A DNA stretch of 64,000 bases from Eledone cirrhosa (GCA_964016885.1 OZ024759.1:12834001-12898000); one strand, 5' to 3'. Counted from the stretch's first letter, positions 11,857 to 26,696 are shown. Made by a program: numbers and translations. Notes: generated by a model not told the origin, from the sequence alone.

Positions 11857-12156
11857 CTTAAATTCATCCATGGGTACCACCAGTCCACATCCTGCCTCAC
11901 AGTGGACTGGCTTCTTGGGATTGTGTTCACACTCTTGGAGATGTGTCTGCAACATGTCCAGGTTAAGGATGGCTGTACAACCGTAGTTAATGTTCTCACA
12001 ACTTATAGTGAGTCGTGACAGCAGGTTACGTAGGATTCGAGGGACACACTTGAGTTGGTTCGGTGTTATGGGGTTACGGTCTACTGGGCAGGTAGGCTGT
12101 CTGGTCAACCACTCGTGGATACACACAGAACAGAATGCATGTTCACACTGGGGAGC
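11857..12156 (-). CDS. RNF41: Internal coding exon (300 bp, phase 0/0) of E3 ubiquitin ligase RNF41/Nrdp1: second half of the RING finger plus zinc-finger region
   Basis: APQCEHAFCSVCIHEWLTRQPTCPVDR...VPRILRNLLSRLTISCEN...HLQECEHNPKKPVHCEAGCGLVVPMDEFK matches recalled human RNF41 (APHCEHAFC...TCPVDR...VPRIMRNMLSKL...CEHNPKRPVTCEQGCGL); acceptor ctcttctgcag| and donor AAG|gtcagt. Confidence 0.92.
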
Positions 12157-12161
12157 CTGCA

Positions 12162-12515
12162 GAAGAGAGAGAGAGAGAAGGTGTGAGAGAAGATTACATG
12201 AAAGAGAGAGAGGAGATGTGAGAGAAGATTACATGAAAGAGAGAGAGGAGATGTGAGAGAAGATTACAAGAAAGAGAGAGAGGAGATGTGAGAGAAGATT
12301 ACATGAAAGAGAGAGAGGAGATGTGAGAGAAGATTACATGAAAGAGAGAGAGGAGATGTGAGAGAAGATTACATGAAAGAGAGAGAGGAAATGTGAGAGA
12401 AGAGTACATGAAAGAGAGAGAGATGTGAGAGAAGATTACATGAAAGAGAGAGAGAGGAGATGAGAGAGAGGAGATGTGAGAGAAGATTACATGAAAGAGA
12501 GAGAGAAGGTGTGAG
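12162..12515. repeat. About 35-bp GA-rich minisatellite forming the acceptor polypyrimidine region
   Basis: GAGAGAAGATTACATGAAAGAGAGAGAGGAGATGT repeated. Confidence 0.9.
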
Positions 12516-12668
12516 AAAGATAAAAATAAAAAAGAAGACCTGTTTAATAATATTGTCACAATATAGACTTAGAAACAACAGCCAGGAGAGGAAGATGCCA
12601 TTTCTGGTTAGGGTTGACCCTAAAGTTCGTAAATAGAAAGTTCCTCTCTGAAGTCCAAACCCAGGAGG

Positions 12669-12890
12669 CAAGATGTTTCTATGGAAGACCAACAGTGACC
12701 CATGTCTTCCCCCTCCACTCCACCAATGTTGACCAAACCCAGACAAGATGTTTCTATGGAAGACCAACAGTGACCCATGTCTTCCCCCTCCACTCCACCA
12801 ATGTTGACCAAACCCAGACAAGATGTTTCTATGGAAGACCAACAGTGATCCATGTCTTCCCCCTCCATGCCACCAATGTTGTCCAAACCA
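12669..12890. repeat. 75-bp tandem repeat, 3 copies
   Basis: CAAGATGTTTCTATGGAAGACC at 12669, 12744 and 12819. Confidence 0.92.
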
Positions 12891-13112
12891 AGGTCAAAGG
12901 TCAACAAAGAAGAGAGTGAGAAAAAGAAGAAACAGGAAAGGAAAAAAAAATAATAATATTCCCTGTATATACAAAATGACACATCTAACCCCCCCCCCCC
13001 CCCCCCCACACACACACACAATCTCATCATATAAAAGTTCAGCAGGGAAACCTGTGACCACAAAATCTGCTAGAAATAGCAGCCAAATCTCCCTCAAACC
13101 GCACCACAATGT

Positions 13113-16100
13113 TTTTACCTTTCCATTACCAGATTTTCAATAATTGACACTGCCTCTAAATCTTCAAATCATTTAGAATAATAAAGGATTTGGTAATATA
13201 ATTAACTTTCTCATTATTGAAGCCAGTGTTGGGGAACATAACTTAACAAAGGTTCTTACATAAAATTATGATGGAAGATTTTTAGATAAATATAAATAAA
13301 CAGTTTTGTATCATAGAACCAAGGGTTTTTGGAACATAACTTAACAAAGGTTCTTACACAAAATTATGATGGAAGGTTTTTATATGAATATAAATACTTT
13401 AAAACAGTTTTCTATCACAGAAGTAGGGGTATTTGGAACATAACTTAACAAAGGTTCTTATAACATTATAATGGAAGGTTTCTATAAACAGTTTCTATCA
13501 TAGAAGCAGGGGTGTTTGGAACATAACTTAACAAAGGTTCTTATAACATTATAATGGAAGGTTTCTATAAACAGTTTTCTATCACAGAAGCAGGGGTGTT
13601 TGGAACATAACTTAACAAACGTTCTTATAACATTATAATGGAAGGTTTCTATAAACAGTTTTCTATCATAGAAGCAGGGGTGTTTGGAACATAACTTAAC
13701 AAACGTTCTTATAACATTATAATGGAAGGTTTCTATAAACAGTTTTCTATCACAGAAGCAGGGGTGTTTGGAACATAACTTAACAAACGTTCTTATAACA
13801 TTATAATGGAAGGTTTCTATAAACAGTTTTCTATCATAGAAGCAGGGGTGTTTGGAACATAACTTAACAAACGTTCTTATAACATTATAATGGAAGGTTT
13901 CTATAAACAGTTTTCTATCATAGAAGCAGGGGTGTTTGGAACATAACTTAACAAACGTTCTTATAACATTATAATGGAAGGTTTCTATAAACAGTTTTCT
14001 ATCACAGAAGCAGGGGTGTTTGGAACATAACTTAACAAACGTTCTTATAACATTATAATGGAAGGTTTCTATAAACAGTTTTCTATCACAGAAGCAGGGG
14101 TGTTTGGAACATAACTTAACAAACGTTCTTATAACATTATAATGGAAGGTTTCTATAAACAGTTTTCTATCACAGAAGCAGGGGTGTTTGGAACATAACT
14201 TAACAAACGTTCTTATAACATTATAATGGAAGGTTTCTATAAACAGTTTTCTATCACAGAAGCAGGGGTGTTTGGAACATAACTTAACAAACGTTCTTAT
14301 AACATTATAATGGAAGGTTTCTATAAACAGTTTTCTATCACAGAAGCAGGGGTGTTTGGAACATAACTTAACAAACGTTCTTATAACATTATAATGGAAG
14401 GTTTCTATAAACAGTTTTCTATCACAGAAGCAGGGGTGTTTGGAACATAACTTAACAAACGTTCTTATAACATTATAATGGAAGGTTTCTATAAACAGTT
14501 TTCTATCACAGAAGCAGGGGTGTTTGGAACATAACTTAACAAACGTTCTTATAACATTATAATGGAAGGTTTCTATAAACAGTTTTCTATCACAGAAGCA
14601 GGGGTGTTTGGAACATAACTTAACAAACGTTCTTATAACATTATAATGGAAGGTTTCTATAAACAGTTTTCTATCACAGAAGCAGGGGTGTTTGGAACAT
14701 AACTTAACAAACGTTCTTATAACATTATAATGGAAGGTTTCTATAAACAGTTTTCTATCACAGAAGCAGGGGTGTTTGGAACATAACTTAACAAACGTTC
14801 TTATAACATTATAATGGAAGGTTTCTATAAACAGTTTTCTATCACAGAAGCAGGGGTGTTTGGAACATAACTTAACAAAGGTTCTTATAACATTATAATG
14901 GAAGGTTTCTATAAACAATTTTCTATCACAGAAGCAGGGGTGTTTGGAACATAACTTAACAAACGTTCTTATAACATTATAATGGAAGGTTTCTATAAAC
15001 AGTTTTCTATCACAGAAGCAGGGGTGTTTGGAACATAACTTAACAAACGTTCTTATAACATTATAATGGAAGGTTTCTATAAACAGTTTTCTATCACAGA
15101 AGCAGGGGTGTTTGGAACATAACTTAACAAACGTTCTTATAACATTATAATGGAAGGTTTCTATAAACAGTTTTCTATCACAGAAGCAGGGGTGTTTGGA
15201 ACATAACTTAACAAACGTTCTTATAACATTATAATGGAAGGTTTCTATAAACAGTTTTCTATCACAGAAGCAGGGGTGTTTGGAACATAACTTAACAAAC
15301 GTTCTTATAACATTATAATGGAAGGTTTCTATAAACAGTTTTCTATCACAGAAGCAGGGGTGTTTGGAACATAACTTAACAAACGTTCTTATAACATTAT
15401 AATGGAAGGTTTCTATAAACAGTTTTCTATCACAGAAGCAGGGGTGTTTGGAACATAACTTAACAAACGTTCTTATAACATTATAATGGAAGGTTTCTAT
15501 AAACAGTTTTCTATCACAGAAGCAGGGGTGTTTGGAACATAACTTAACAAACGTTCTTATAACATTATAATGGAAGGTTTCTATAAACAGTTTTCTATCA
15601 CAGAAGCAGGGGTGTTTGGAACATAACTTAACAAACGTTCTTATAACATTATAATGGAAGGTTTCTATAAACAGTTTTCTATCACAGAAGCAGGGGTGTT
15701 TGGAACATAACTTAACAAACGTTCTTATAACATTATAATGGAAGGTTTCTATAAACAGTTTTCTATCACAGAAGCAGGGGTGTTTGGAACATAACTTAAC
15801 AAACGTTCTTATAACATTATAATGGAAGGTTTCTATAAACAGTTTTCTATCACAGAAGCAGGGGTGTTTGGAACATAACTTAACAAACGTTCTTATAACA
15901 TTATAATGGAAGGTTTCTATAAACAGTTTTCTATCACAGAAGCAGGGGTGTTTGGAACATAACTTAACAAACGTTCTTATAACATTATAATGGAAGGTTT
16001 CTATAAACAGTTTTCTATCACAGAAGCAGGGGTGTTTGGAACATAACTTAACAAACGTTCTTATAACATTATAATGGAAGGTTTCTATAAACAGTTTTCT

Positions 16101-19100
16101 ATCACAGAAGCAGGGGTGTTTGGAACATAACTTAACAAACGTTCTTATAACATTATAATGGAAGGTTTCTATAAACAGTTTTCTATCACAGAAGCAGGGG
16201 TGTTTGGAACATAACTTAACAAACGTTCTTATAACATTATAATGGAAGGTTTCTATAAACAGTTTTCTATCACAGAAGCAGGGGTGTTTGGAACATAACT
16301 TAACAAACGTTCTTATAACATTATAATGGAAGGTTTCTATAAACAGTTTTCTATCACAGAAGCAGGGGTGTTTGGAACATAACTTAACAAACGTTCTTAT
16401 AACATTATAATGGAAGGTTTCTATAAACAGTTTTCTATCATAGAAGCAGGGGTGTTTGGAACATAACTTAACAAACGTTCTTATAACATTATAATGGAAG
16501 GTTTCTATAAACAGTTTTCTATCACAGAAGCAGGGGTGTTTGGAACATAACTTAACAAACGTTCTTATAACATTATAATGGAAGGTTTCTATAAACAGTT
16601 TTCTATCACAGAAGCAGGGGTGTTTGGAACATAACTTAACAAACGTTCTTATAACATTATAATGGAAGGTTTCTATAAACAGTTTTCTATCACAGAAGCA
16701 GGGGTGTTTGGAACATAACTTAACAAAGGTTCTTATAACATTATAATGGAAGGTTTTTATATAAATATAAACACTTTAAAGCAGTTTTCTATCACAGAAG
16801 CAGGGGTGTTTGGAACATAACTTAACAAACGTTCTTATAACATTATAATGGAAGGTTTCTATAAACAGTTTTCTATCACAGAAGCAGGGGTGTTTGGAAC
16901 ATAACTTAACAAAGGTTCTTATAACATTATAATGGAAGGTTTCTATAAACAGTTTTCTATCACAGAAGCAGGGGTGTTTGGAACATAACTTAAAGGTTCT
17001 TATAACATTATAATGGAAGGTTTCTATAAACAGTTTTCTATCACAGAAGCAGGTGTGTTTGGAACATAACTTAACAAAGGTTCTTATAACATTATAATGG
17101 AAGGTTTTTATATAAATATAAACACTTTAAAGCAGTTTTCTATCACAGAAGCAGGGGTGTTTGGAACATAACTTAACAAACGTTCTTATAACATTATAAT
17201 GGAAGGTTTCTATAAACAGTTTTCTATCACAGAAGCAGGGGTGTTTGGAACATAACTTAACAAACGTTCTTATAACATTATAATGGAAGGTTTCTATAAA
17301 CAGTTTTTTATCACAGAAGCAGGGGTGTTTGGAACATAACTTAACAAAGGTTCTTATAACATTATAATGGAAGGTTTCTATAAACAGTTTTCTATCACAG
17401 AAGCAGGGGTGTTTGGAACATAACTTAACAAACGTTCTTATAACATTATAATGGAAGGTTTCTATAAACAGTTTTCTATCACAGAAGCAGGGGTGTTTGG
17501 AACATAACTTAAAGGTTCTTATAACATTATAATGGAAGGTTTCTATAAACAGTTTTCTATCACAGAAGCAGGGGTGTTTGGAACATAACTTAACAAAGGT
17601 TCTTATAACATTATAATGGAAGGTTTCTATAAACAGTTTTCTATCACAGAAGCAGGGGTGTTTGGAACATAACTTAACAAAGGTTCTTATAACATTATAA
17701 TGGAAGGTTTCTATAAACAGTTTTCTATCACAGAAGCAGGGGTGTTTGGAACATAACTTAACAAACGTTCTTATAACATTATAATGGAAGGTTTCTATAA
17801 ACAGTTTTCTATCACAGAAGCAGGGGTGTTTGGAACATAACTTAACAAACGTTCTTATAACATTATAATGGAAGGTTTCTATAAACAGTTTTCTATCACA
17901 GAAGCAGGGGTGTTTGGAACATAACTTAACAAAGGTTCTTATAACATTATAATGGAAGGTTTTTATATAAATATAAACACTTTAAAGCAGTTTTCTATCA
18001 CAGAAGCAGGGGTGTTTGGAACATAACTTAACAAACGTTCTTATAACATTATAATGGAAGGTTTCTATAAACAGTTTTCTATCACAGAAGCAGGGGTGTT
18101 TGGAACATAACTTAACAAAGGTTCTTATAACATTATAATGGAAGGTTTTTATATAAATATAAACACTTTAAAGCAGTTTTCTATCACAGAAGCAGGGGTG
18201 TTTGGAACATAACTTAACAAACGTTCTTATAACATTATAATGGAAGGTTTCTATAAACAGTTTTCTATCACAGAATCAGGGGTGTTTGGAACATAACTTA
18301 ACAAAGGTTCTTATAACATTATAATGGAAGGTTTCTATAAACAGTTTTCTATCACAGAAGCAGGGGTGTTTGGAACATAACTTAACAAAGGTTCTTATAA
18401 CATTATAATGGAAGGTTTCTATAAACAGTTTTCTATCACAGAAGCAGGGGTGTTTGGAACATAACTTAACAAAGGTTCTTATAACATTATAATGGAAGGT
18501 TTCTATAAACAGTTTTCTATCACAGAATCAGGGGTGTTTGGAACATAACTTAACAAAGGTTCTTATAACATTATAATGGAAGGTTTCTATAAACAGTTTT
18601 CTATCACAGAAGCAGGGGTGTTTGGAACATAACTTAACAAACGTTCTTATAACATTATAATGGAAGGTTTCTATAAACAGTTTTCTATCACAGAAGCAGG
18701 GGTGTTTGGAACATAACTTAACAAACGTTCTTATAACATTATAATGGAAGGTTTCTATAAACAGTTTTCTATCACAGAAGCAGGGGTGTTTGGAACATAA
18801 CTTAACAAACGTTCTTATAACATTATAATGGAAGGTTTCTATAAACAGTTTTCTATCACAGAAGCAGGGGTGTTTGGAACATAACTTAACAAACGTTCTT
18901 ATAACATTATAATGGAAGGTTTCTATAAACAGTTTTCTATCACAGAAGCAGGGGTGTTTGGAACATAACTTAACAAACGTTCTTATAACATTATAATGGA
19001 AGGTTTCTATAAACAGTTTTCTATCACAGAAGCAGGGGTGTTTGGAACATAACTTAACAAACGTTCTTATAACATTATAATGGAAGGTTTCTATAAACAG

Positions 19101-22100
19101 TTTTCTATCACAGAAGCAGGGGTGTTTGGAACATAACTTAACAAACGTTCTTATAACATTATAATGGAAGGTTTCTATAAACAGTTTTCTATCACAGAAG
19201 CAGGGGTGTTTGGAACATAACTTAACAAACGTTCTTATAACATTATAATGGAAGGTTTCTATAAACAGTTTTCTATCACAGAAGCAGGGGTGTTTGGAAC
19301 ATAACTTAACAAAGGTTCTTATAACATTATAATGGAAGGTTTCTATAAACAGTTTTCTATCACAGAAGCAGGGGTGTTTGGAACATAACTTAACAAAGGT
19401 TCTTATAACATTATAATGGAAGGTTTCTATAAACAGTTTTCTATCACAGAAGCAGGGGTGTTTGGAACATAACTTAACAAACGGTTCTTATAACATTATA
19501 ATGGAAGGTTTCTATAAACAGTTTTCTATCACAGAAGCAGGGGTGTTTGGAACATAACTTAACAAACGTTCTTATAACATTATAATGGAAGGTTTCTATA
19601 AACAGTTTTCTATCACAGAAGCAGGGGTGTTTGGAACATAACTTAACAAAGGTTCTTATAACATTATAATGGAAGGTTTCTATAAACAGTTTTCTATCAC
19701 AGAAGCAGGGGTGTTTGGAACATAACTTAACAAACGTTCTTATAACATTATAATGGAAGGTTTCTATAAACAGTTTTCTATCACAGAAGCAGGGGTGTTT
19801 GGAACATAACTTAACAAACGGTTCTTATAACATTATAATGGAAGGTTTCTATAAACAGTTTTCTATCACAGAAGCAGGGGTGTTTGGAACATAACTTAAC
19901 AAACGTTCTTATAACATTATAATGGAAGGTTTCTATAAACAGTTTTCTATCACAGAAGCAGGGGTGTTTGGAACATAACTTAACAAACGTTCTTATAACA
20001 TTATAATGGAAGGTTTTTATAAACAGTTTTCTATCACAGAAGCAGGGGTGTTTGGAACATAACTTAACAAACGTTCTTATAACATTATAATGGAAGGTTT
20101 TTATAAACAGTTTTCTATCACAGAAGCAGGGGTGTTTGGAACATAACTTAACAAACGTTCTTATAACATTATAATGGAAGGTTTCTATAAACAGTTTTCT
20201 ATCACAGAAGCAGGGGTGTTTGGAACATAACTTAACAAAGGTTCTTATAACATTATAATGGAAGGTTTCTATAAACAGTTTTCTATCACAGAAGCAGGGG
20301 TGTTTGGAACATAACTTAACAAAGGTTCTTATAACATTATAATGGAAGGTTTCTATAAACAGTTTTCTATCACAGAAGCAGGGGTGTTTGGAACATAACT
20401 TAACAAACGTTCTTATAACATTATAATGGAAGGTTTTTATAAACAGTTTTCTATCACAGAAGCAGGGGTGTTTGGAACATAACTTAACAAACGTTCTTAT
20501 AACATTATAATGGAAGGTTTCTATAAACAGTTTTCTATCACAGAAGCAGGGGTGTTTGGAACATAACTTAACAAAGGTTCTTATAACATTATAATGGAAG
20601 GTTTCTATAAACAGTTTTCTATCACAGAAGCAGGGGTGTTTGGAACATAACTTAACAAACGTTCTTATAACATTATAATGGAAGGTTTTTATAAACAGTT
20701 TTCTATCACAGAAGCAGGGGTGTTTGGAACATAACTTAACAAACGTTCTTATAACATTATAATGGAAGGTTTCTATAAACAGTTTTCTATCACAGAAGCA
20801 GGGGTGTTTGGAACATAACTTAACAAAGGTTCTTATAACATTATAATGGAAGGTTTCTATAAACAGTTTTCTATCACAGAAGCAGGGGTGTTTGGAACAT
20901 AACTTAACAAACGTTCTTATAACATTATAATGGAAGGTTTTCTATAAACAGTTTTCTATCACAGAAGCAGGGGTGTTTGGAACATAACTTAACAAACGTT
21001 CTTATAACATTATAATGGAAGGTTTCTATAAACAGTTTTCTATCACAGAAGCAGGGGTGTTTGGAACATAACTTAACAAAGGTTCTTATAACATTATAAT
21101 GGAAGGTTTCTATAAACAGTTTTCTATCACAGAAGCAGGGGTGTTTGGAACATAACTTAACAAAGGTTCTTATAACATTATAATGGAAGGTTTCTATAAA
21201 CAGTTTTCTATCACAGAAGCAGGGGTGTTTGGAACATAACTTAACAAACGTTCTTATAACATTATAATGGAAGGTTTCTATAAACAGTTTTCTATCACAG
21301 AAGCAGGGGTGTTTGGAACATAACTTAACAAAGGTTCTTATAACATTATAATGGAAGGTTTCTATAAACAGTTTTCTATCACAGAAGCAGGGGTGTTTGG
21401 AACATAACTTAACAAACGTTCTTATAACATTATAATGGAAGGTTTCTATAAACAGTTTTCTATCACAGAAGCAGGGGTGTTTGGAACATAACTTAACAAA
21501 CGTTCTTATAACATTATAATGGAAGGTTTCTATAAACAGTTTTCTATCACAGAAGCAGGGGTGTTTGGAACATAACTTAACAAACGTTCTTATAACATTA
21601 TAATGGAAGGTTTCTATAAACAGTTTTCTATCACAGAAGCAGGGGGTGTTTGGAACATAACTTAACAAACGTTCTTATAACATTATAATGGAAGGTTTCT
21701 ATAAACAGTTTTCTATCACAGAAGCAGGGGTGTTTGGAACATAACTTAACAAAGGTTCTTATAACATTATAATGGAAGGTTTCTATAAACAGTTTTCTAT
21801 CACAGAAGCAGGGGTGTTTGGAACATAACTTAACAAAGGTTCTTATAACATTATAATGGAAGGTTTCTATAAACAGTTTTCTATCACAGAAGCAGGGGTG
21901 TTTGGAACATAACTTAACAAAGGTTCTTATAACATTATAATGGAAGGTTTCTATAAACAGTTTTCTATCACAGAAGCAGGGGTGTTTGGAACATAACTTA
22001 ACAAACGTTCTTATAACATTATAATGGAAGGTTTCTATAAACAGTTTTCTATCACAGAAGCAGGGGTGTTTGGAACATAACTTAACAAAGGTTCTTATAA

Positions 22101-25035
22101 CATTATAATGGAAGGTTTCTATAAACAGTTTTCTATCACAGAAGCAGGGGTGTTTGGAACATAACTTAACAAACGTTCTTATAACATTATAATGGAAGGT
22201 TTCTATAAACAGTTTTCTATCACAGAAGCAGGGGTGTTTGGAACATAACTTAACAAACGTTCTTATAACATTATAATGGAAGGTTTCTATAAACAGTTTT
22301 CTATCACAGAAGCAGGGGTGTTTGGAACATAACTTAACAAACGTTCTTATAACATTATAATGGAAGGTTTCTATAAACAGTTTTCTATCACAGAAGCAGG
22401 GGTGTTTGGAACATAACTTAACAAACGTTCTTATAACATTATAATGGAAGGTTTCTATAAACAGTTTTCTATCACAGAAGCAGGGGTGTTTGGAACATAA
22501 CTTAACAAACGTTCTTATAACATTATAATGGAAGGTTTCTATAAACAGTTTTCTATCACAGAAGCAGGGGTGTTTGGAACATAACTTAACAAAGGTTCTT
22601 ATAACATTATAATGGAAGGTTTCTATAAACAGTTTTCTATCACAGAAGCAGGGGTGTTTGGAACATAACTTAACAAACGTTCTTATAACATTATAATGGA
22701 AGGTTTCTATAAACAGTTTTCTATCACAGAAGCAGGGGTGTTTGGAACATAACTTAACAAACGTTCTTATAACATTATAATGGAAGGTTTCTATAAACAG
22801 TTTTCTATCACAGAAGCAGGGGTGTTTGGAACATAACTTAACAAAGGTTCTTATAACATTATAATGGAAGGTTTCTATAAACAGTTTTCTATCACAGAAG
22901 CAGGGGTGTTTGGAACATAACTTAACAAAGGTTCTTATAACATTATAATGGAAGGTTTCTATAAACAGTTTTCTATCACAGAAGCAGGGGTGTTTGGAAC
23001 ATAACTTAACAAAGGTTCTTATAACATTATAATGGAAGGTTTCTATAAACAGTTTTCTATCACAGAAGCAGGGGTGTTTGGAACATAACTTAACAAAGGT
23101 TCTTATAACATTATAATGGAAGGTTTCTATAAACAGTTTTCTATCACAGAAGCAGGGGTGTTTGGAACATAACTTAACAAACGTTCTTATAACATTATAA
23201 TGGAAGGTTTCTATAAACAGTTTTCTATCACAGAAGCAGGGGTGTTTGGAACATAACTTAACAAAGCGTTCTTATAACATTATAATGGAAGGTTTCTATA
23301 AACAGTTTTCTATCACAGAAGCAGGGGTGTTTGGAACATAACTTAACAAACGTTCTTATAACATTATAATGGAAGGTTTCTATAAACAGTTTTCTATCAC
23401 AGAAGCAGGGGTGTTTGGAACATAACTTAACAAAGGTTCTTATAACATTATAATGGAAGGTTTCTATAAACAGTTTTCTATCACAGAAGCAGGGGTGTTT
23501 GGAACATAACTTAACAAAGGTTCTTATAACATTATAATGGAAGGTTTCTATAAACAGTTTTCTATCACAGAAGCAGGGGTGTTTGGAACATAACTTAACA
23601 AAGGTTCTTATAACATTATAATGGAAGGTTTCTATAAACAGTTTTCTATCACAGAAGCAGGGGTGTTTGGAACATAACTTAACAAAGGTTCTTATAACAT
23701 TATAATGGAAGGTTTCTATAAACAGTTTTCTATCACAGAAGCAGGGGTGTTTGGAACATAACTTAACAAAGGTTCTTATAACATTATAATGGAAGGTTTC
23801 TATAAACAGTTTTCTATCATAGAAGCAGGGGTGTTTGGAACATAACTTAACAAAGGTTCTTATAACATTATAATGGAAGGTTTCTATAAACAGTTTTCTA
23901 TCACAGAAGCAGGGGTGTTTGGAACATAACTTAACAAACGTTCTTATAACATTATAATGGAAGGTTTCTATAAACAGTTTTCTATCACAGAAGCAGGGGT
24001 GTTTGGAACATAACTTAACAAAGGTTCTTATAACATTATAATGGAAGGTTTCTATAAACAGTTTTCTATCATAGAAGCAGGGGTGTTTGGAACATAACTT
24101 AACAAACGTTCTTATAACATTATAATGGAAGGTTTCTATAAACAGTTTTCTATCACAGAAGCAGGGGTGTTTGGAACATAACTTAACAAAGGTTCTTATA
24201 ACATTATAATGGAAGGTTTCTATAAACAGTTTTCTATCACAGAAGCAGGGGTGTTTGGAACATAACTTAACAAAGGTTCTTATAACATTATAATGGAAGG
24301 TTTCTATAAACAGTTTTCTATCACAGAAGCAGGGGTGTTTGGAACATAACTTAACAAACGTTCTTATAACATTATAATGGAAGGTTTCTATAAACAGTTT
24401 TCTATCATAGAAGCAGGGGTGTTTGGAACATAACTTAACAAACGTTCTTATAACATTATAATGGAAGGTTTCTATAAACAGTTTTCTATCATAGAAGCAG
24501 GGGTGTTTGGAACATAACTTAACAAACGTTCTTATAACATTATAATGGAAGGTTTCTATAAACAGTTTTCTATCATAGAAGCAGGGGTGTTTGGAACATA
24601 ACTTAACAAACGTTCTTATAACATTATAATGGAAGGTTTCTATAAACAGTTTTCTATCACAGAAGCAGGGGTGTTTGGAACATAACTTAACAAAGGTTCT
24701 TATAACATTATAATGGAAGGTTTCTATAAACAGTTTTCTATCACAGAAGCAGGGGTGTTTGGAACATAACTTAACAAACGTTCTTATAACATTATAATGG
24801 AAGGTTTCTATAAACAGTTTTCTATCATAGAAGCAGGGGTGTTTGGAACATAACTTAACAAACGTTCTTATAACATTATAATGGAAGGTTTCTATAAACA
24901 GTTTTCTATCACAGAAGCAGGGGTGTTTGGAACATAACTTAACAAAGGTTCTTATAACATTATAATGGAAGGTTTCTATAAACAGTTTTCTATCACAGAA
25001 GCAGGGGTAGTTTCGGGTGGTTTGGTAACAAAAAG
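13113..25035 (+). mobile_element. MITE-like element (family M1) inflated by the 84-bp satellite
   Basis: 5' end TTACCTTTCCATTACC and body homologous to 42034-44412; 3' end GGTTTGGTAACAAAAAG is roughly the inverse of the 5' end. Confidence 0.6.
13320..25008. repeat. 84-bp satellite, about 139 highly homogeneous copies (11.7 kb), with occasional 99-bp variants
   Basis: Unit TTCTATCACAGAAGCAGGGGTGTTTGGAACATAACTTAACAAACGTTCTTATAACATTATAATGGAAGGTTTCTATAAACAGTT. Confidence 0.98.
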
Positions 25036-25264
25036 AACAGTACATTAAATAATGTGCTTCCTCTCTCCCCCAAAACAAAGACACCCCTCCTTCACCTGAC
25101 AATAAACAGGGGTGGTTATAGCTGGAACACCCCTAATTTACTACTTAGCAAGGGCAGGGAATGATGAGTAGTGACCTTTTCAGGTGCTTCTAGCACAGGA
25201 GGAAGGAAAGGAGGAGGTTTTCAAACAAAATACCTGATTCATATATACACATATATATATATAT

Positions 25265-26063
25265 CATTTCATTTTTTTTCATTTTTACGTCCGCTTTTCC
25301 CTGCTTGCAAGGCTGGGACGGGAACTGATTCTGGCTTGATTTCTACAGCTGGATGCCCTTCCTAGCACCAACCTCATTTACAGTGAGTGCTGGGTGCTTT
25401 TTAGTCGTGGCACCTCCACGACCACTTTGCAGTGGAATGATAGGGACCCCAGTCCCTATCATCTCATTTCTACAGCTGAGTAAACTGGAGCAATGTGAAA
25501 TAAAGTGTCTTGCTCAAGGAAACAACACATCACCCGGTCTGAGAATTGAACTCACAACCTTTCGATTGCAAGGCCAATGCTCTAACCACTAAGCCATGTG
25601 TGTGTGTATAGGTATATATATATATTGATGTTTGTATATATGTGTGTGTATATGTATATATACATTGATGTTTGTTTGTGTATATATATTGTTTTCATTT
25701 TTTTTTCATTTCATTTTACGTCCACTTTTCCCTGCTTGCAAGGGTGGGACGGGAACTGATTCTGGCTTGATTTCTACAGCTGGATGCCCTTCCTAACACC
25801 AACCTCATTTACAGTGAGTGCTGGGTGCTTTGTTGCCGTGGCACCTCCACGACCACTTTGCAGTGGAATGATAGGGACCCTAGTCCCTATCATCTCATTT
25901 CTACAGCTGAGTAAACTGGAGCAATGTGAAATAAAGTGTCATGCTCAAGGAAACAACACATCACCCGGTCTGAGAATTGAACTCACAACCTTTCGATTGC
26001 AAGGCCAATGCTCTAACCACTAAGTCATGTGCCTCCATTCTAACCACTAAGCCATGTGCCTCC
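25265..26063 (-). mobile_element. Two tandem SINE family A copies (25265-25600, 25700-26063)
   Basis: Near-identical to the other family A copies. Confidence 0.88.
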
Positions 26064-26466
26064 ATATATATATATGTGTGTGTGTATATGTATATATATA
26101 TATTGATGTTTGTTTGTGTATATATATATATGTATATATGTGTATATAGGTATATAATATTGATGTTTGTTTGTGTATATATATATATGTGTGTATAAAG
26201 AGAGAAAGAGAGATGGGGGCAGATACATATAACATCATCATCATCTACATCATCACCATCATCCTCATCATCATCATCACAATCATCTACATAATCACCA
26301 TCATCTACATCATCATCATCATCATCTACATCATCATCATCATCATTAAACATCCATTTCCCATGTTAGCATGGGTTAGTCGGGTTGTCACGTGATGAGA
26401 GAAGTCAAACCCGAAGACCACGTCTTGCTCATACAGATCTATATACACATATACATATCTATATAT

Positions 26467-26527
<61 letters not shown>

Positions 26528-26540
26528 CATATCTATATAT

Positions 26541-26575
<35 letters not shown>

Positions 26576-26664
26576 ATGAAAAATTTGAACAGGGACAGAA
26601 CAGAGAGGCAGTACAATAAATGTTTATTAAATTCACGCTCAGGAGAGTGGGGGGTAGGTGGGGG

Positions 26665-26696
26665 ACGACGTTTCGGGCATAAGCCCTTCCTCAGGT
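26665..26696 (-). ncRNA. Minimal type-I hammerhead in a Penelope-like 3' fragment (26575-26800)
   Basis: Minus strand: AC-CUGAGGA-AGGGC-UUAU-GCCC-GAAAC-GUC^GU; stem I only about 2 bp. Confidence 0.55.

Noticed and set aside
11812-12126. ORF-track start and stop for the RING protein
   Set aside because: The true unit is a spliced exon at 11857-12156; the ORF start and the tail VSIFFLRG... are artefacts of ignoring introns.
13320-25008. CRISPR-like regular repeats
   Set aside because: No unique spacers and no cas genes; eukaryotic satellite.
13482-25102. Long ORFs (478, 247, 614 aa) with 28-aa repeats
   Set aside because: Stop-free frame of an 84-bp MITE-derived satellite; broken by random 1-bp indels; no splice or domain evidence.
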